A model generated the notes under the pieces. That model was not told where the DNA came from. It saw nothing but the letters and a program-made list of their open reading frames with translations, and ran no database searches. Of a DNA stretch of 64,000 bases, positions 25,676 through 40,123 are shown piece after piece. Origin of the DNA: the human T2T-CHM13v2.0 reference genome, Homo sapiens; NCBI RefSeq assembly GCF_009914755.1, contig NC_060930.1, one strand, 5' to 3'. Numbering within the stretch: position 1 is the first letter of the stretch; each line of letters opens with the position of its first letter. Made by a program: the position numbers and the translations under genes.

Positions 25676-26467
25676 TGTAAGCCAAAAAGTATCTGAGACA
25701 GATCTCCATCAACTTAGAAGTTTATTTTGCCAGTTAAGGATCATAACCCATGACATAGTCTCAGGAGCTCCTGAGAACATGTGCTGAAGGCAGTTGGGTT
25801 ATAGCTTGGTTTTATATGTTTTAGGGAGACATAAGACATCAATCAAGGTATGTGAGATATACAGTAGTTAGGTCCGGAGAGGCCAAACAACTTGAAGAGG
25901 GGAGGGGTTGCTTATAGGTCATAGGTGAATTCAAAGATTTTCAAATTGGTGATTAGTTGAAAGGGTTAAACTCTGCCTGAAAAGTTGAAGTCGGCTTGAG
26001 GTAAGGGTTGGGGGGTGGTGGTTGTGGAAGCCAAGGTTTTTATCATGTAGACAAGCCTCCAGGCTTCAGAGAGAATAGATGTGAATGTCTCTTACCAAAG
26101 GTATCAGACTGTTTGGAGAGACCTGGTAAAGGAAGCAGATTCTCTACAGAATGCTAACTTCCCCCCACAAGAAACAGCTTTGCAGGGCCATTTCAAAACG
26201 TGTCAAGTAAGCATATTTTAGGGTCAAAAAACTTCAGTTTCTTTCAGGGCCCTGCTATCTGTCATGTGATGGTATAATAGTGAGGTTGAAATTTGGTGTC
26301 TTATGGCTACAGAGAGTCTGTTCAGTCAGACAGACTCCAGCCCCATCTCTGCCCCCCACCTTTCCATCATGACCTGAACTAGATTCTCAGGTTTCATTGT
26401 GTCCCCTTGGCTGAGAGGAAGACCCATTCAATCAGTGGGAGGGGCTTAGAATTTTATTGTCATTTAT
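25676..26467 (-). mobile_element. MER4-family ERV1 solo LTR
   Basis: ctgagaacatgtgc...ttttagggagacataagacatcaatc...ggggcttagaattttatt is antisense MER4. Confidence 0.85.
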
Positions 26468-26499
26468 TAGCATTACCAAAATGCATAGAAAACACGAGC

Positions 26500-27660
26500 T
26501 GCATTCAGCACTTATTTATTGAGCATGTAGTAGGGACTAGCACTATTCTAGGCACGAAAGGTGCAGCCATGAATATGACAAAATGCTTGTTATCGTGGTT
26601 TTATGGTCCACGGTGGGGAAGATAATAAGCGAATCAGTAAATAAAGAAAACATAGAGTGATAAGTGCTCTACATGGAAGCCACTTTAAGGTAGGATGAGA
26701 GAGAGTGAGGGGGTGTGGCTAAGGAAGGCCTCTTTAAGGAGGTGACCTTGAAGCTGATGTCTGAATGTCAAGGAAGAACCAAATCTACAAAGTTGAGGGG
26801 AAGAGCATTCCAGGCAGAGAAACAGCTCTCAGGCACTAAGGTGAGAGAGGTTGGTATATTTCAGGGACAGAAAGACACTGGCTTGTGTAAACCAAAAATA
26901 AAATTCTAAGGTCCCCCAGCCATCTGAATGGACCCCTCCTCTTGGCCAGGACACTACAAAATTAACCTGAAAAACTGGTTCAGGCCACGACAAGAAGAGG
27001 GGGTGGGACATGCCTCATTATACCCTCCCCACTTTTGAAATTTAGAAAAAGCTGACCAGCATTCAACATCAACACAGACCTTAAGTCTAATTAGAAACAT
27101 TTACAACCTGTGCTCTCTGAGGCCTGCTACTTGGAGTCTTCATCTGCATGATAAAACTTTGATCTCCACAACCCCTTATCATAACACAGACATTACTTTC
27201 TATTGATAGTAACGCTTTTGACCAATTGCCAATCAGAAAATTTTCAGATCTTCCTATAATCTGGAAGCCCTCCTTCTCCTTACAGGCCTTTCCAGACCAA
27301 ACCAATGTATATCTTACATGTATTTGATTGATGTCTCATGTCTCCCTGTAGTGTATAAAACTAGGCTGTGCCCTGACCACCTTGGGTACATGTTCTCAGG
27401 ATCTCTTGAGGGCTGTGCCATGGGCCATGGTCTCTCATATTTGACTCAAAATAAATCTCTTCAAATATTTTACAGAGTTTGACTCTTTTTGTCGACACCT
27501 GGTTTAGGAGGCTGAGAAAGAATGATACAGCATGACATGAGCAGCGGGCAGGGGCCAGATCACAGAGGGCTATGTAAGCCATGGCAAGGCATTGAGTTTT
27601 ACTATAAAGAAGTTAGGAAGCTACTGAGGGGCAGAAAGCAGAAAAATCACATGGCCAGAT
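26500..27660 (-). mobile_element. L2, split by a MER4 LTR
   Basis: attcagcacttatttattgagc...ggaaggcctctttaaggaggtgacctt...gggccagatcacagagggc. Confidence 0.75.
26886..27497 (+). mobile_element. MER4-family ERV1 solo LTR
   Basis: tgtaaaccaaaaataaaattctaagg...ttttacagagtttgactctttttgtcgaca; TSD cttg/cctg. Confidence 0.9.
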
Positions 27661-27728
27661 GAGTATAGTGTTTTGGAAACTTTTCATTTTGATATGATTT
27701 CAAACTTACAAGAAATTTGCAAGAACAG

Positions 27729-28009
27729 TGAAATGGTTTGGCTCTGTGTCCCTACCCAAATCTCACCCTGAATTGTAATAATTCCCACATGTGAAGGGTG
27801 GGACCAGGTGGAGGTAATTGAATCATGGGGGTTATTTCCCCCATGCCGTTCTCGTGATAGTGAGTGAGTTCTCACGAGATCGATGGTTTTATAAGCATCT
27901 TGCATTTCCCCTGCTGGCTCTCATTCTCTCCCCTGCCACCCTGTGAAGAGGTGCCTTCTGCCATGATTGTAAGTTTCTGAGGCCTCCCCAGCCATGTGGA
28001 CCTGTGAGT
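27729..28009 (+). mobile_element. THE1/MSTA-type MaLR LTR (3' truncated) inside an L1MC-like fragment
   Basis: atggtttggctctgtgtccctacccaaatctcacc...gaggcctccccagccatgtgg. Confidence 0.85.
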
Positions 28010-28289
28010 ATTGTTTGTCCCAATACTGGTGATGTTAGCTTTGATCACTTGCTTAAGGCCATGTTCCCCAAGTCTGTCCTCTTTAAAGTGACTAATTTTC
28101 CCTTTGTAATTAATAAGTCATTCCTGAGGAGTTTCTTTGAGACTATGTAAATATCCTATTGCTCATCAAACTTTTACTAGTTTTAGCACCCATTGATGAA
28201 TTTCTAAATACATCACTTCTATGTTTATTATTTGGAATTCAACTATAAGGAAGAGCTTTCCTTTCTTCCATTTATTATGTTAAAAAGAG

Positions 28290-29620
28290 ATCATAGGAAA
28301 GTAAAAATGAAGCAAGGAAATCAGTTAGTAGGTTGTTGAAGTATGCCACAGGAGAGGTAATAATGGCTTCTACCAATGTGTGTTGGCAGAGGATGGAGAT
28401 AAATGGATAGATTCAGCCTATGTTTTAAGGTGAACTTGAGAGTTTTGTCAATGGTTTGGATGTGAGGGTGATGCAAAGAAAGTTATCAAGGATAATTTCT
28501 AGATTTTTTGTCATAAGCAAATGGTACCATTTAATGGCTCCAGTTGGTGGTACCATGATGGTGCCATATATCGAGATAGAGAAGACTGGTGGAGGAACTT
28601 TGGGAGGGAAAATCAAAAATTTTGATTGGGCACAAGTTTCAGATACTTGCTTAACATCCATGTGGCAGTGCCAAGGAGTTCAAATAGCTGGTGCGAGGGA
28701 GAGGGAGTGATGGGTATATACATAATATTTAAAGCCACGACACTGAGTGAGACTAATGAGTGCAGACGAAGAAGAGGTCAGAGCACAAATCCTGAGCTAC
28801 TTGAAGAATCAGAAGTCAGGAAAATGAAGCAAATTTGGCAAAAGTGCTGGACAAGAGGCAATTAGCAAGGGGGAAGCAGAACCAGGAGAGTGTGTTGCTG
28901 GGTAGGAGAAAAAAGGATTTTAAAAGGAGGGAGTGGCAAAGGCTGCCGACTTCTGCTGAGAGCTCAAGTGTGATGAGGACAGGGCTTGCAGGTTGGACTC
29001 TGCAGCATAAAGAGCGAAGGGGCTGGAACTCAGCAGAAGTGGGTTGAGGGGAGAATGCGAGGTGAGGAAGTGGAGGCAGTGATAATAATCAAGGACTTTA
29101 GGAAGGTTTGCTGTGAAGGAGAACAAAGTAAAATGGTGGGAGCTGGGCAGGAATACATGGTCAAGAGAGTTAATCTTTTTTCTTTCTATTATTTAATATG
29201 AGAGGTAAAGGATCATACTATCTGTTAGAGAAAGTAAAATGGGTGATGCTGAAGAGAAGAAAGAGAGAAACAAAGTCCCTGGGAAGGATGATGGGAGCTG
29301 AAAGCTGGTTGGTTTCTGTGGGACACTTGATCCTTAGTAATAAGAAAAGGTCATCAGGTCCGTAGGGTGGTGGTGGGGATGCAACATGATGAGGGAGGTC
29401 TTTTTGGTTGTTTCAGTTTTGTTGATGAAGTGTGAGGCAAGGTCGCCAGCTAGAATTGGAGTGGGGACAATGTGAAGAGAGATGTGAAATAGTTAGTTTG
29501 AAGAATGAAAGAGTTAAGAGATGTGGAGAGTGTATAGGACTATGAGGCATCACTGAAGGCCAATCTGAGATTTGTGGCCATGAATTAGTGAAACTTGTCA
29601 GGAAGTTGGGTTAAAAGAAA
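28290..29620 (-). mobile_element. Long L2 fragment(s)
   Basis: Purine-rich; ttggatgtgaggg...aaggataatttctagattttt...gagaagactggtggagga. Confidence 0.7.
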
Positions 29621-29665
29621 GTTAAAAATAACATGTGTGTCTCACACCACTGCTCTCAAAGCACT

Positions 29666-29666
<1 letters not shown>

Positions 29667-29704
<38 letters not shown>

Positions 29705-29992
29705 TCTGAGATGGAGTCTCACTCTGTAGCCCAGGCTGAAGTGCAATGTTGCAATCTTGGCTCACTGCAACCTCTGCCTCCCAGGTTCAAGAGATTCTCC
29801 TGCCTCAGCCTCCTGAGTAGCTGGGATTACAGGCAGCTGCCACCAGGCCCGGCTAACTCTTTTTTGTATTTTTAGTAGAGGCGGGGTTTCACCATGTTGG
29901 CCAGGCTGTTCTTGAACTCCTGACTTCAAGTGATCTGCCGCCTCAGCCTCCCAAAGTGCTGGGATTACAGGCGTGAGCCACCGTGCCCGGCC
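29667..29992 (-). mobile_element. AluSx with (TTTA)n tail
   Basis: Full antisense Alu; TSD tcaaagcactt / tcagagcactt. Confidence 0.95.
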
Positions 29993-30254
29993 TCAGAGCA
30001 CTTCTGACATGCGCTAGCTTGTCTAGTCATCATATAAACTCCCCGGGTGTGGGAAGGTACCTCCCCTTCATAGATGTGCAAACTATAGCTTAAAGAGATT
30101 ATGTTTCCAGCCTGAGCCACATAAAACATCTGACTCCAAAACCTGTGCTCCTTCCATCACACCAGCAGCTATGGAAGTGACTTTACAACAAATACAGTCA
30201 CAGAAACAAGTAAAGTGTAATTCAGATCCACTGCTGGTTTTAAATGATTTGATA

Positions 30255-30570
<316 letters not shown>

Positions 30571-30719
30571 GGATTTGATAGACCGACAGATGAGGCTGAA
30601 ACAGAATGTGACTGGAGGGTTTATTGCTGGTGATTCATGATAGGATAATTGTTACAAAGATTCTTACAACATGTCTCAGAGAAAAATATGGTTGACAAAT
30701 ATGGATAATAAATGGTGCT

Positions 30720-30980
30720 AACAGAGCACAGTGGTTAAGAGGGTGGACTTTAGCATCGGCCACATGTAGGTTCAAAGCCTGGCTCTACCACTTACTGGCT
30801 TTGGGACTTCGGGCAAGTAATTTAACTTCTCAAACTCAGTTTACTCATCTGTAAAATGGTCATAATAACAGTACCTTCTCCCACTGAGTTGTAGTGGGGA
30901 TTACATAAAATAATTCATATAAAGAATAGAGCATAGTCATTGGTATACAGTTAGAACTCTTCGAAGCTATACCATTATTA
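30720..30980 (+). mobile_element. MIR (near full length)
   Basis: agtggttaagag...ggctctaccacttactgg...ctcagtttactcatctgtaaaatgg. Confidence 0.85.
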
Positions 30981-31112
30981 CTACTAGTGAAAACTAAAAA
31001 TGCAATGTAAAGATGGGTTGCCATAAATTGCACCAACAGATATTATATTGTGAATCCTACTAATTATTTTTCAAAGGTGGGCTGATGAAGGAATTAACAC
31101 AGTACTCCACAG

Positions 31113-31414
31113 TTTTTTTTTTTTTTTTTTTTTTGGAGACAGGGTCTCACTGTGTCACCTAGACTAAAGTGCAGTGGTGTGACCACAGCTCACTGTAACC
31201 TTGAACTCCTGGGCTCAAGCGATCCTCCTGACTCAGCCTCCTGAACAGCTAGAACTGCAAACGTGTGTTACCACTCCTGGCTTTTTTTTTTTTTGGTAGA
31301 GACAAGGTTTTGCTATATTTGCCCTGGCTGTTCTTGAACTCCCGGTCTCAAGTGATCTTTCTGCCTCAGCTTCCCAAAGCTCTAGAATTACAGGCATGAG
31401 CCACCATGTCTGGT
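31113..31414 (-). mobile_element. AluJ
   Basis: Poly-T followed by gagacagggtctcact...ctcctgggctcaagcgatcctcc. Confidence 0.9.
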
Positions 31415-32077
31415 CTCCATGTATTATTATACTGGCATTAATAAGTCACTCCTAAGATTTTTTAGCAATAACTTCTACTGATTATATTAGAATTGAAGCT
31501 TAATTGACAAGCCAACAGATTTGTCCCATTAAACAAACATTTTGCTACTGGATAAAACAAAAAACAAAAATCCTCCAGATATTTATACATATTTATTTTA
31601 TGCACATAAATGTCTCATTTAAAATCTATTCAGGAAATATAAGCAAGGGGGTAACTCTGACAGAGAAGCTACAGATAGTGTAAAAAAATTTAAAATTCAG
31701 AGGAAAACATGCAGTGGGTCAGCAATGTGAGGGATTCTCATCTTACCATATGGATACTTTACATTGTGAGGGATGCAACACACTATAGCAACCTTTCAAA
31801 AGGCGAAGAGTCAGCCGCCTGCCTATCATCAAGATAGCTCTGCTCTGCCATATGTGATTATGTTGGGCTTAGCTCATGGGACGTATACTAGCATATGAAT
31901 TTCTATCATGGTTAACTGAGTTAGTAAAATAAGATAATAATGCAGCAATTCTGGTATTTCTGGTCCCTGCACAGAAATATCAGAATTCAACACAGGTTGA
32001 ATGAGGTTAATCTAGACCATGTGCTGTGTAAAATTAAAGTAGAAACCTGTATAATTTACAGTAGAGGGTTGCATATA

Positions 32078-32181
32078 AATTCTGTGTTTTATGAAGCTTG
32101 ATAACTTTTTGTAATTATGTACAATAATTCTGTGTTTTATGAAGCTTGATAACTTTTTGTAATTATGTACAATAATTCTGT
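32078..32181. repeat. Perfect 48-bp tandem duplication
   Basis: aattctgtgttttatgaagcttgataactttttgtaattatgtacaat at 32078-32125 and 32126-32173, plus 8 nt of a third start. Confidence 0.95.
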
Positions 32182-32699
32182 TGAGTTAAAATAGTAGAGC
32201 TATGCCAGGCTGCCCATAAAGCTATTGTACCTTTCCAACCTGACTCTTGGAGGAGTTAGTTATGTAGGAGACAGAGTCTGCTGAGCTTGGGTCCCTGTTA
32301 GGGAGGGCTCCATTGTAGTTCTCCTTTGGTACACAGGTAACTGGGGAGCTTTAAAATTTTGTAATGCCCTGCCCTCACTAGAGGTGTGTGAAGCTGGAAG
32401 CTCTGGGGTTAGAGCCCAGGCATGGGTGTGTTTAAAAGATTCCACTGTGATTATGATGCACATGTGCACACTAAAGGTCAAGAATTGCATCTAAAGCAAA
32501 TCTCTCAGATTTAATAAACTGCTATATAAATATATGTGTATATACACACATTCATAGATACATATTCATTTTCACTAAAATAGTTAGGATTATCTAATGT
32601 CTACAAAACTAATGCTCTTGAGAGTGTGATTAGGAAGTCAAAGTGACTGAGTTTTTCTGGTACGTCAGCAAGGTATTTTAGAAGCTTATCACAAAACTC

Positions 32700-33420
<721 letters not shown>

Positions 33421-33619
33421 GAAAGAAAAAGGAATGAGGGTTAGGAAAGGCCAGCCCACACTGATGACCACATTTTGTAGGTCTTTCTGCATAATCTATT
33501 AACTTGCTTCTCTGGCATTGGGGAAAGTGTCTGAATATACCTTCCCAGATCATTCCATTTTTTCTTACTACTTTCATTACTGCCACTATTTTTATTTAAA
33601 ATGGCAACAGAAGCTGCAA

Positions 33620-33870
33620 CTGCCATTTATTGACTACCTACTGTGTACCCGGCATTGTGCTAGCTGACTTTTCTACCTTGCTTCCAATCCAGTTACAATA
33701 ATCCCCACTGCAAGATGATCACTGTCCTTATTTCACAGATAGGAAACTGAGGCTTAGAGATGGTAAATGATTTGCCCACGACTATATATGAGGAAATTAC
33801 AGAGTTAGGATTTGAACTTGAGTTTACATGGCTCTAAAGCCTATGCTCTTCCCAACAGAGTCACTGCCTC
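33620..33870 (-). mobile_element. MIR
   Basis: tttcacagataggaaactgaggcttagaga...atttgcccac. Confidence 0.8.
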
Positions 33871-34178
33871 TATACCTCCTACAAAAATAGGCTGGAGTAA
33901 TCTACACAGGAAAGAATATACATTTTTCATAATCCCTACACGTTCTTTTTATAGAGGCTTCAAGTATTACTCACTTGCTGCTCCCTTACAACTCCCTGAT
34001 GTCATTTAAGAGAAAAAGTGTCATCCTGATGTTGAAGATATCACCCGAGTGCTGTCTGGAACTGAGTGGGGGCAGCCAGTTCACCCTGGGACTCTCCACC
34101 GGCCCCTGAGTACAGCAGTCCCCTGTGTTCTTGTGCATCTACAGGATGACGCATTGCTTGGCAGGTTCTTATTCATCT

Positions 34179-34266
34179 TTCCAGGAACTCAGAGAGGTCT
34201 CTGGGAAATATGGGAGGCAAACAGTTTGAAAAGCGAAAGTGCTATGGTCATATTACTTCTACAGAA
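34179..34266. promoter_or_regulatory. Candidate cytokine-responsive motif cluster (GAS + IRF-E + N4 STAT site)
   Basis: TTCCAGGAA 34179-34187, GAAAAGCGAAAGT 34228-34240, TTCTACAGAA 34257-34266, in DNA with no recognisable repeat. Confidence 0.35.
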
Positions 34267-36511
34267 AGCAGCTTTACAGTGGCAAGGTGAAGCCCAGGTT
34301 CCTGGGAGGGGCCCAAACTGGACAATGGTAAAATGAGCAGTGAGCAGCATGTGGCAAATTGGCAGCCCTGGGTTCCACGCTTCTGCACGGCACAGGGAGT
34401 GGACCTACTTGAGGCAGAGGGTACCGGCTTGTTGAAGTCTGATCTTTGGGCTTTGTGCCAAGGTGCAGCAGACAGAACTTCCGGTGGCTCCTCAGATGGA
34501 ACTTTCTGTAGAGAGAGAGCCAGCTGCACTTGGGAATCTTTCCTTCTGCTCCAGAAAACCTATGGGGATATTTTTCTACTGGGTTTATAAAGCCAAGGTC
34601 CCCTAGCTTTACAGACCAATCTCTCAGGGCCTTGGGATTCTCCAAAATGCTTCTGAAGTCTTTGCTATATGGTCCCTTGTGGTCAGAGGTCACACGTGGG
34701 TGGAGGCAGCCTCTGAGGGATCTGCTTCAAACCGTGGAAGGGAAGCCCAGGTAAATATAACAAGATCTGCAGGCTAGTCAATGCTTAGTATTCTCTTGAG
34801 ACTCAAAGGCAAATCAGAAGACATTTTCCTAATTTTGACTCATGCAAATCTTCAGTGTTGCTTGTGATTGTATGCATTAATTGTTTACTGTCAGGAGGCA
34901 GACAATCATGGGTGACCCAGGGACAATGCATCTTCTGTTTACCAACAAGCTCCCAGGAGGCTCTAGCTCCCTTAGGCTGGTGTGAGCCAGAATGGGACTT
35001 TCTTTCAGGTTTGGATGGCTTTGGGCAGGCGGCCCCCATAAAAACGCCCTGGGGACTTGGAGCCATAAACATGCACACACTCTTCCTTTGGCCATGGCAA
35101 ACAAAGAACATCCTTTAGTTTCACTCTGTCTCCACCTTGCCTGCAGCATCTTTCTCCACCAGCAAGGAGTTCCACATGTCAAGACTTTAGTGTCTGCTGC
35201 CTGCAAATCCTGTAAAACGGGAAGTGCAGGGGAGAGATTTCTGTACTCAGAGGTCAGCCTAGAGCTCTGCCATGACCTCACAGCCATAGTAAGCTACATG
35301 AAACTCCAGAAGAGTCTCACATTACTTGCTTCTAATAATGGGGCCCTGACATTTCTAAGTTCATCAATTTATAACTATCACTTCTCTCCTTTTCAAAGGG
35401 TAACAATTCAGATAAGGTTGTAAATATATGAGGGTCCTCTGAGCTCGTCCTCCAGACTCAAAATTCTTTCAGGCTTTTCTTGCAAAGCAGTGGAGGACTT
35501 GGGGTTTATCAAATTTTCCATTCCTATTTTTGTTTTTCCCTTACAAGGAAATAACCCAAATCGCATAGCTTTTGCCATTATGTCCTCCAATATGTCTCAT
35601 CCCTTATTCCCTCTCAAGCCCTTAATTCTCTGTGACTTTTTGCTCTTTCAAGGAGAAAATCCTTAGGGTAGGGATGAGAAAGGAGTTCACTTGTCCTGCA
35701 AATGGGCCACCCTGCCCCAGAGGCAGGAACAGCCTGTCAGTTGGGGATGTGGTGCATAATTTTCAGTCATTCTGAGTCAATATGCATTCAGCAAGTTTCC
35801 TTACAATATCACCATTTCTATCCTCTTGTCTTCAGCAATTCAGCAGGAAATTAGCAGCATACCGCCTTCCCACAAATGCGGCAGGACTGCGGGGTGAGGG
35901 TGGGGGGCGAGGTGTCTGGTTTACCACAGACCTCCAACAGGCGAGTCACCTGAACAGCTTAATTTGAGTACAACTTAAAAAAAAAAAAGCAAGCTATAAA
36001 GTCATTGCAGGCACTCTATGTGCAGTAAGAACAGAGGGTCCCTAAATCCCCTAGTGGAAGATACATTTGGAGATGTCTTTCCAGCTCAGGATAACTCCCT
36101 CTTCTCTGGGAATGGCTTTCACCTTTCCACCCCATCCAGAAACCATGCTTGCTTCGTGGGACCCTGCCTTCCCTAGTGACAGTTGATTGAACCTGAGGTG
36201 GACACCTGGGGGTTTCCAAGTCAGTCTCTGTGGTGACCAGAAGTCTTTCCTCAAGTCTTACCTTCTCCCTGGGGTTTACTCTGCCCATGTTTAAAAGTGC
36301 ATCCTGCCCACAGCACCCCTACCTCCTGCTCCGGATCCCCTCTTACTCCACCCCATCCTTCTTTCTCTACAACCCTTATAATCTAACAAGCTATAAGTGC
36401 TCATTGGTTACACTCGTGGTCTACCTCTCCTACTAGAATGTAGCTTTGTTCCTGATGCAGCCCAAGCACCCACGCCAGTGCCTGCCACTACGATACACAA
36501 AAATTAGTAGT

Positions 36512-36793
36512 ATCCCAGCACTTTGGGAGGCTGAGGTGGGCGGATCACTTGAGGTCAGGAGTTTGAGACCAGCCTGGCCAACATGGTGAAACCCTGTCTC
36601 TACTAAAAATACAAAATTATCTAGGCATGGTGGCTCATGCCTGTAATCCCAGCTACTCGGGAGGCTGAGGCAGGAGAATCACTTGAACCTGTGAGGTGGA
36701 GGTTGCGGTGAGCCGAGATCGCACCTAGCCGAGATCGTGCCATTGCACTCCAGCCTTGGCAACAAGAATGAAACCTCGTCTGAAAAAAAAAAA
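36512..36793 (+). mobile_element. AluSx, 5' truncated, inserted in an L2 3' end
   Basis: Starts atcccagcactttgg; short internal duplication agccgagatcg at 36711-36737. Confidence 0.9.
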
Positions 36794-37019
36794 GTTAATA
36801 GTTAAATAAATGAATTGGAGTTAGGGTGGTCATATCCTATTCTATGGTTCAGAGGCCAACAGGAGAGCAGAGCCTTTTCCCAGAGCTCCAATCCTTTCTT
36901 GAGTCCAGGCTTCCCTCCTGCCCTTAGATTTCATGAGTTCTTGTAGTAAATTGTCTCCTTTTCCCCCTTAAGCTAGCTGTAGTTAGTTTCTATGACTAGC
37001 AACAAGGGGCTTGCCTAAG

Positions 37020-37440
37020 TAAACAGACAGACAGAAATCCCAGGCTTCCTAGAACTTACATTCTAGTGGAGATGAGTTTGGGAAACACTAAGGGGACCAA
37101 CATGGCAGGGGCCCAGTAAACAGGAGAGAAAAGTAGTGGGAGGACCAGGAAGCAAATGAGCAGGGTGGAGCCCTGTGGATACTTGTAGGACTTTGCCTTT
37201 TGGCCTGAGTAAGATAGAAAGCCACTGCAGGTTTCGAGCAGTTTTGTATTTTAAAAGGGTCCGGCTGGCTCTTGTAAGAGCTCAGCCTAAGGATTGTGGT
37301 CGGCAGAGTGGAAGCAGGAATTCCAGTAAGGAGCCCCTGCAATAATCCAGGAGACAGAAGGTGGCCCTGAACAGGGTGGCAGCTGAGGAGAGGGCTGAGA
37401 AGTGGCCCAGTTCTTCACAAAGAAGGCAGAGCTAACACCT
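37020..37440 (-). mobile_element. L2 fragment
   Basis: aacttacattctagtgg...aaagccactgcaggtttcgagcag...gcaataatccaggagacag. Confidence 0.65.
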
Positions 37441-38584
37441 CCAACACCTGAGGCCCCATTCTCTGGAATAGTAGAGTGTGTATTTTGCTGTGTTGGAGCA
37501 GCTGGGCTTTTGATCCACTGTATCCTGCCGAATCCCCAGCCCACGCCCTCCCCGTCCCCCAGCCGTGGCCTCTCCTTCCCCTTGGTGGGGCTGAGCACAC
37601 ACCACTAAGTAAAATCCTGTACAAGGCTGCACATCCCTTTCCACCTCGAGTCCTCTTGTGGGCTGTTTGCTGAAAGGGAAGACTTTTCCTTCTTTGGATG
37701 TGCATGTGTGAAATAGACCTTGAGTGGCAGATTTGGATCTAGTCCTGTGCTTGGCTCTGATTCAGTCCTCAGTTTTCTCATCTGTGAAATGAGAGGCCTG
37801 ATCTCCAGGATCACTCATGAGCTCTCATAGGCTATAATTCTGAGGCTCTGAGGACTGAGTGAGTCCATCACTGAACCCAGGTAAACCAAAGGTTGCATCC
37901 TCCGTCATAAAATAAGCAATAAATCACTGCAGTGGTTCCTGGAATGATTCAAGGAGCTCAGCCTTGCCTGGGGCCCACAGCTACTAGCCATGAAAATGGT
38001 CTGTGATATATTAATAGCTGGAAAGAAGACAGGTTACAGAAATGGACGCTTATGTTACATTTATGTAAACAAACAAAATAAGGTCCATGAAATAATCCTA
38101 GTTTTAGCAAGGGTCCTCTCTGCAAAGCAAAGTTATAGACTTAATTTTTTTCCTTGAACTTTTCTACATTTTCCAAATCTTTTAATATGATTTAATAGAT
38201 GCATGTATATATGCATAAGTTACATACATTCATACGGTGGTCTTTATTTTTTTTTCCTCTTTTGATTGTTCCTTCCTGCCCCTTTTCATTCTACACCTTC
38301 AATATCCATACCCCAACCCAGTCCCCACTGTGATAGCCCAGAAAGCCATTGTCTACAATGAACATCAGTACTACTTTGGCAGTCACACAGCAGTCAATCA
38401 TTAATTCATTTATTTTAAAAAGTGACAGCAAGTCACAGCCTCAAAGCCTCCACCTAACATGGGAATCATTCTGGCTCTGACCCATTTTTGATGGGGAAAG
38501 GAGTAGATGACCAAACCTGAGACAAGAGCATGGGGAGATTTTTGTTTCTTGTTTCCTGAATGAAAGTGAAAAACCCTAGGAATA

Positions 38585-38886
<302 letters not shown>

Positions 38887-39758
38887 CTAGGAATAATAGT
38901 TGGCTCCTGTTTGTTACATAAGCAGACAACAGAAAGTGAGTAGCTTTAGGCTTTCCTATCAGCCTTTGACTCAGGGCAAACGACCATGGGACATGCAGCT
39001 CCTTAACATATAGTTTTGCTAAGGAACTAGGAAGGCCACATGTGTGAGATTGGGACTGAGGGGTTGGGTGGTAGCATGCCACTTCCTGAGCCATGCTGCC
39101 CTACAACTTTATTATAGAAACTGCGAAATGGTTAGGAGATACCCAATCGGTCAGTCACTCTAGCCTAAAAAGCCAGGCTGGGTGGCAGGTAAGCCTTCCC
39201 CAGTGAGGAACAGGATGTGTGGGAGGCCCCATGTAACTGGGCAGGATGTTCACTGGGTCACTTCCTGCCAAGGAGAGTTACCTTGATGAGACTCAGAGCA
39301 CTAAACTCAGGGCTATCCCAGTCCTCTGAATCTGCTCTAGAACACATATTTTTATATGTGCATATATTCACATGTATGTGTCTGTGTCTATTTTTTTCCT
39401 TCTTCCCTTTCACATCTCTGACTGGGACTTTGCTGGTGGTGGGAAGAAATGCTTGTGTCAACTGAAAGGCAGGAACATCGCATGTGGCAGCTGCTGGGTG
39501 CCCAGAAACAGGGCTCCAGGAAAAGGTGCGGACAGTGGGGACAGACGAGCTGAAGGCCTTGAAATTCCACAGTCCACCAGGAGGAAGTAGATAGAAACAC
39601 AGATCGTAGCCATGAGGGACCCCAGAGGACATTCATTCTAGCCCCTGTCTTTGCAGGTGAGGGAATACACCCAGAGATGTTAGGAAAGCCCCACTCTTCA
39701 GTAGCTCAATGACCACAGATTAGACCCACACACGTCTGCCTGCTTCAGTGAGAAGTGA

Positions 39759-40123
<365 letters not shown>

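Noticed and set aside
34049-35423. Dense overlapping ORFs of 74-143 aa on both strands
   Set aside because: No recognisable family or consistent splice structure; expected in moderately GC-rich unique DNA
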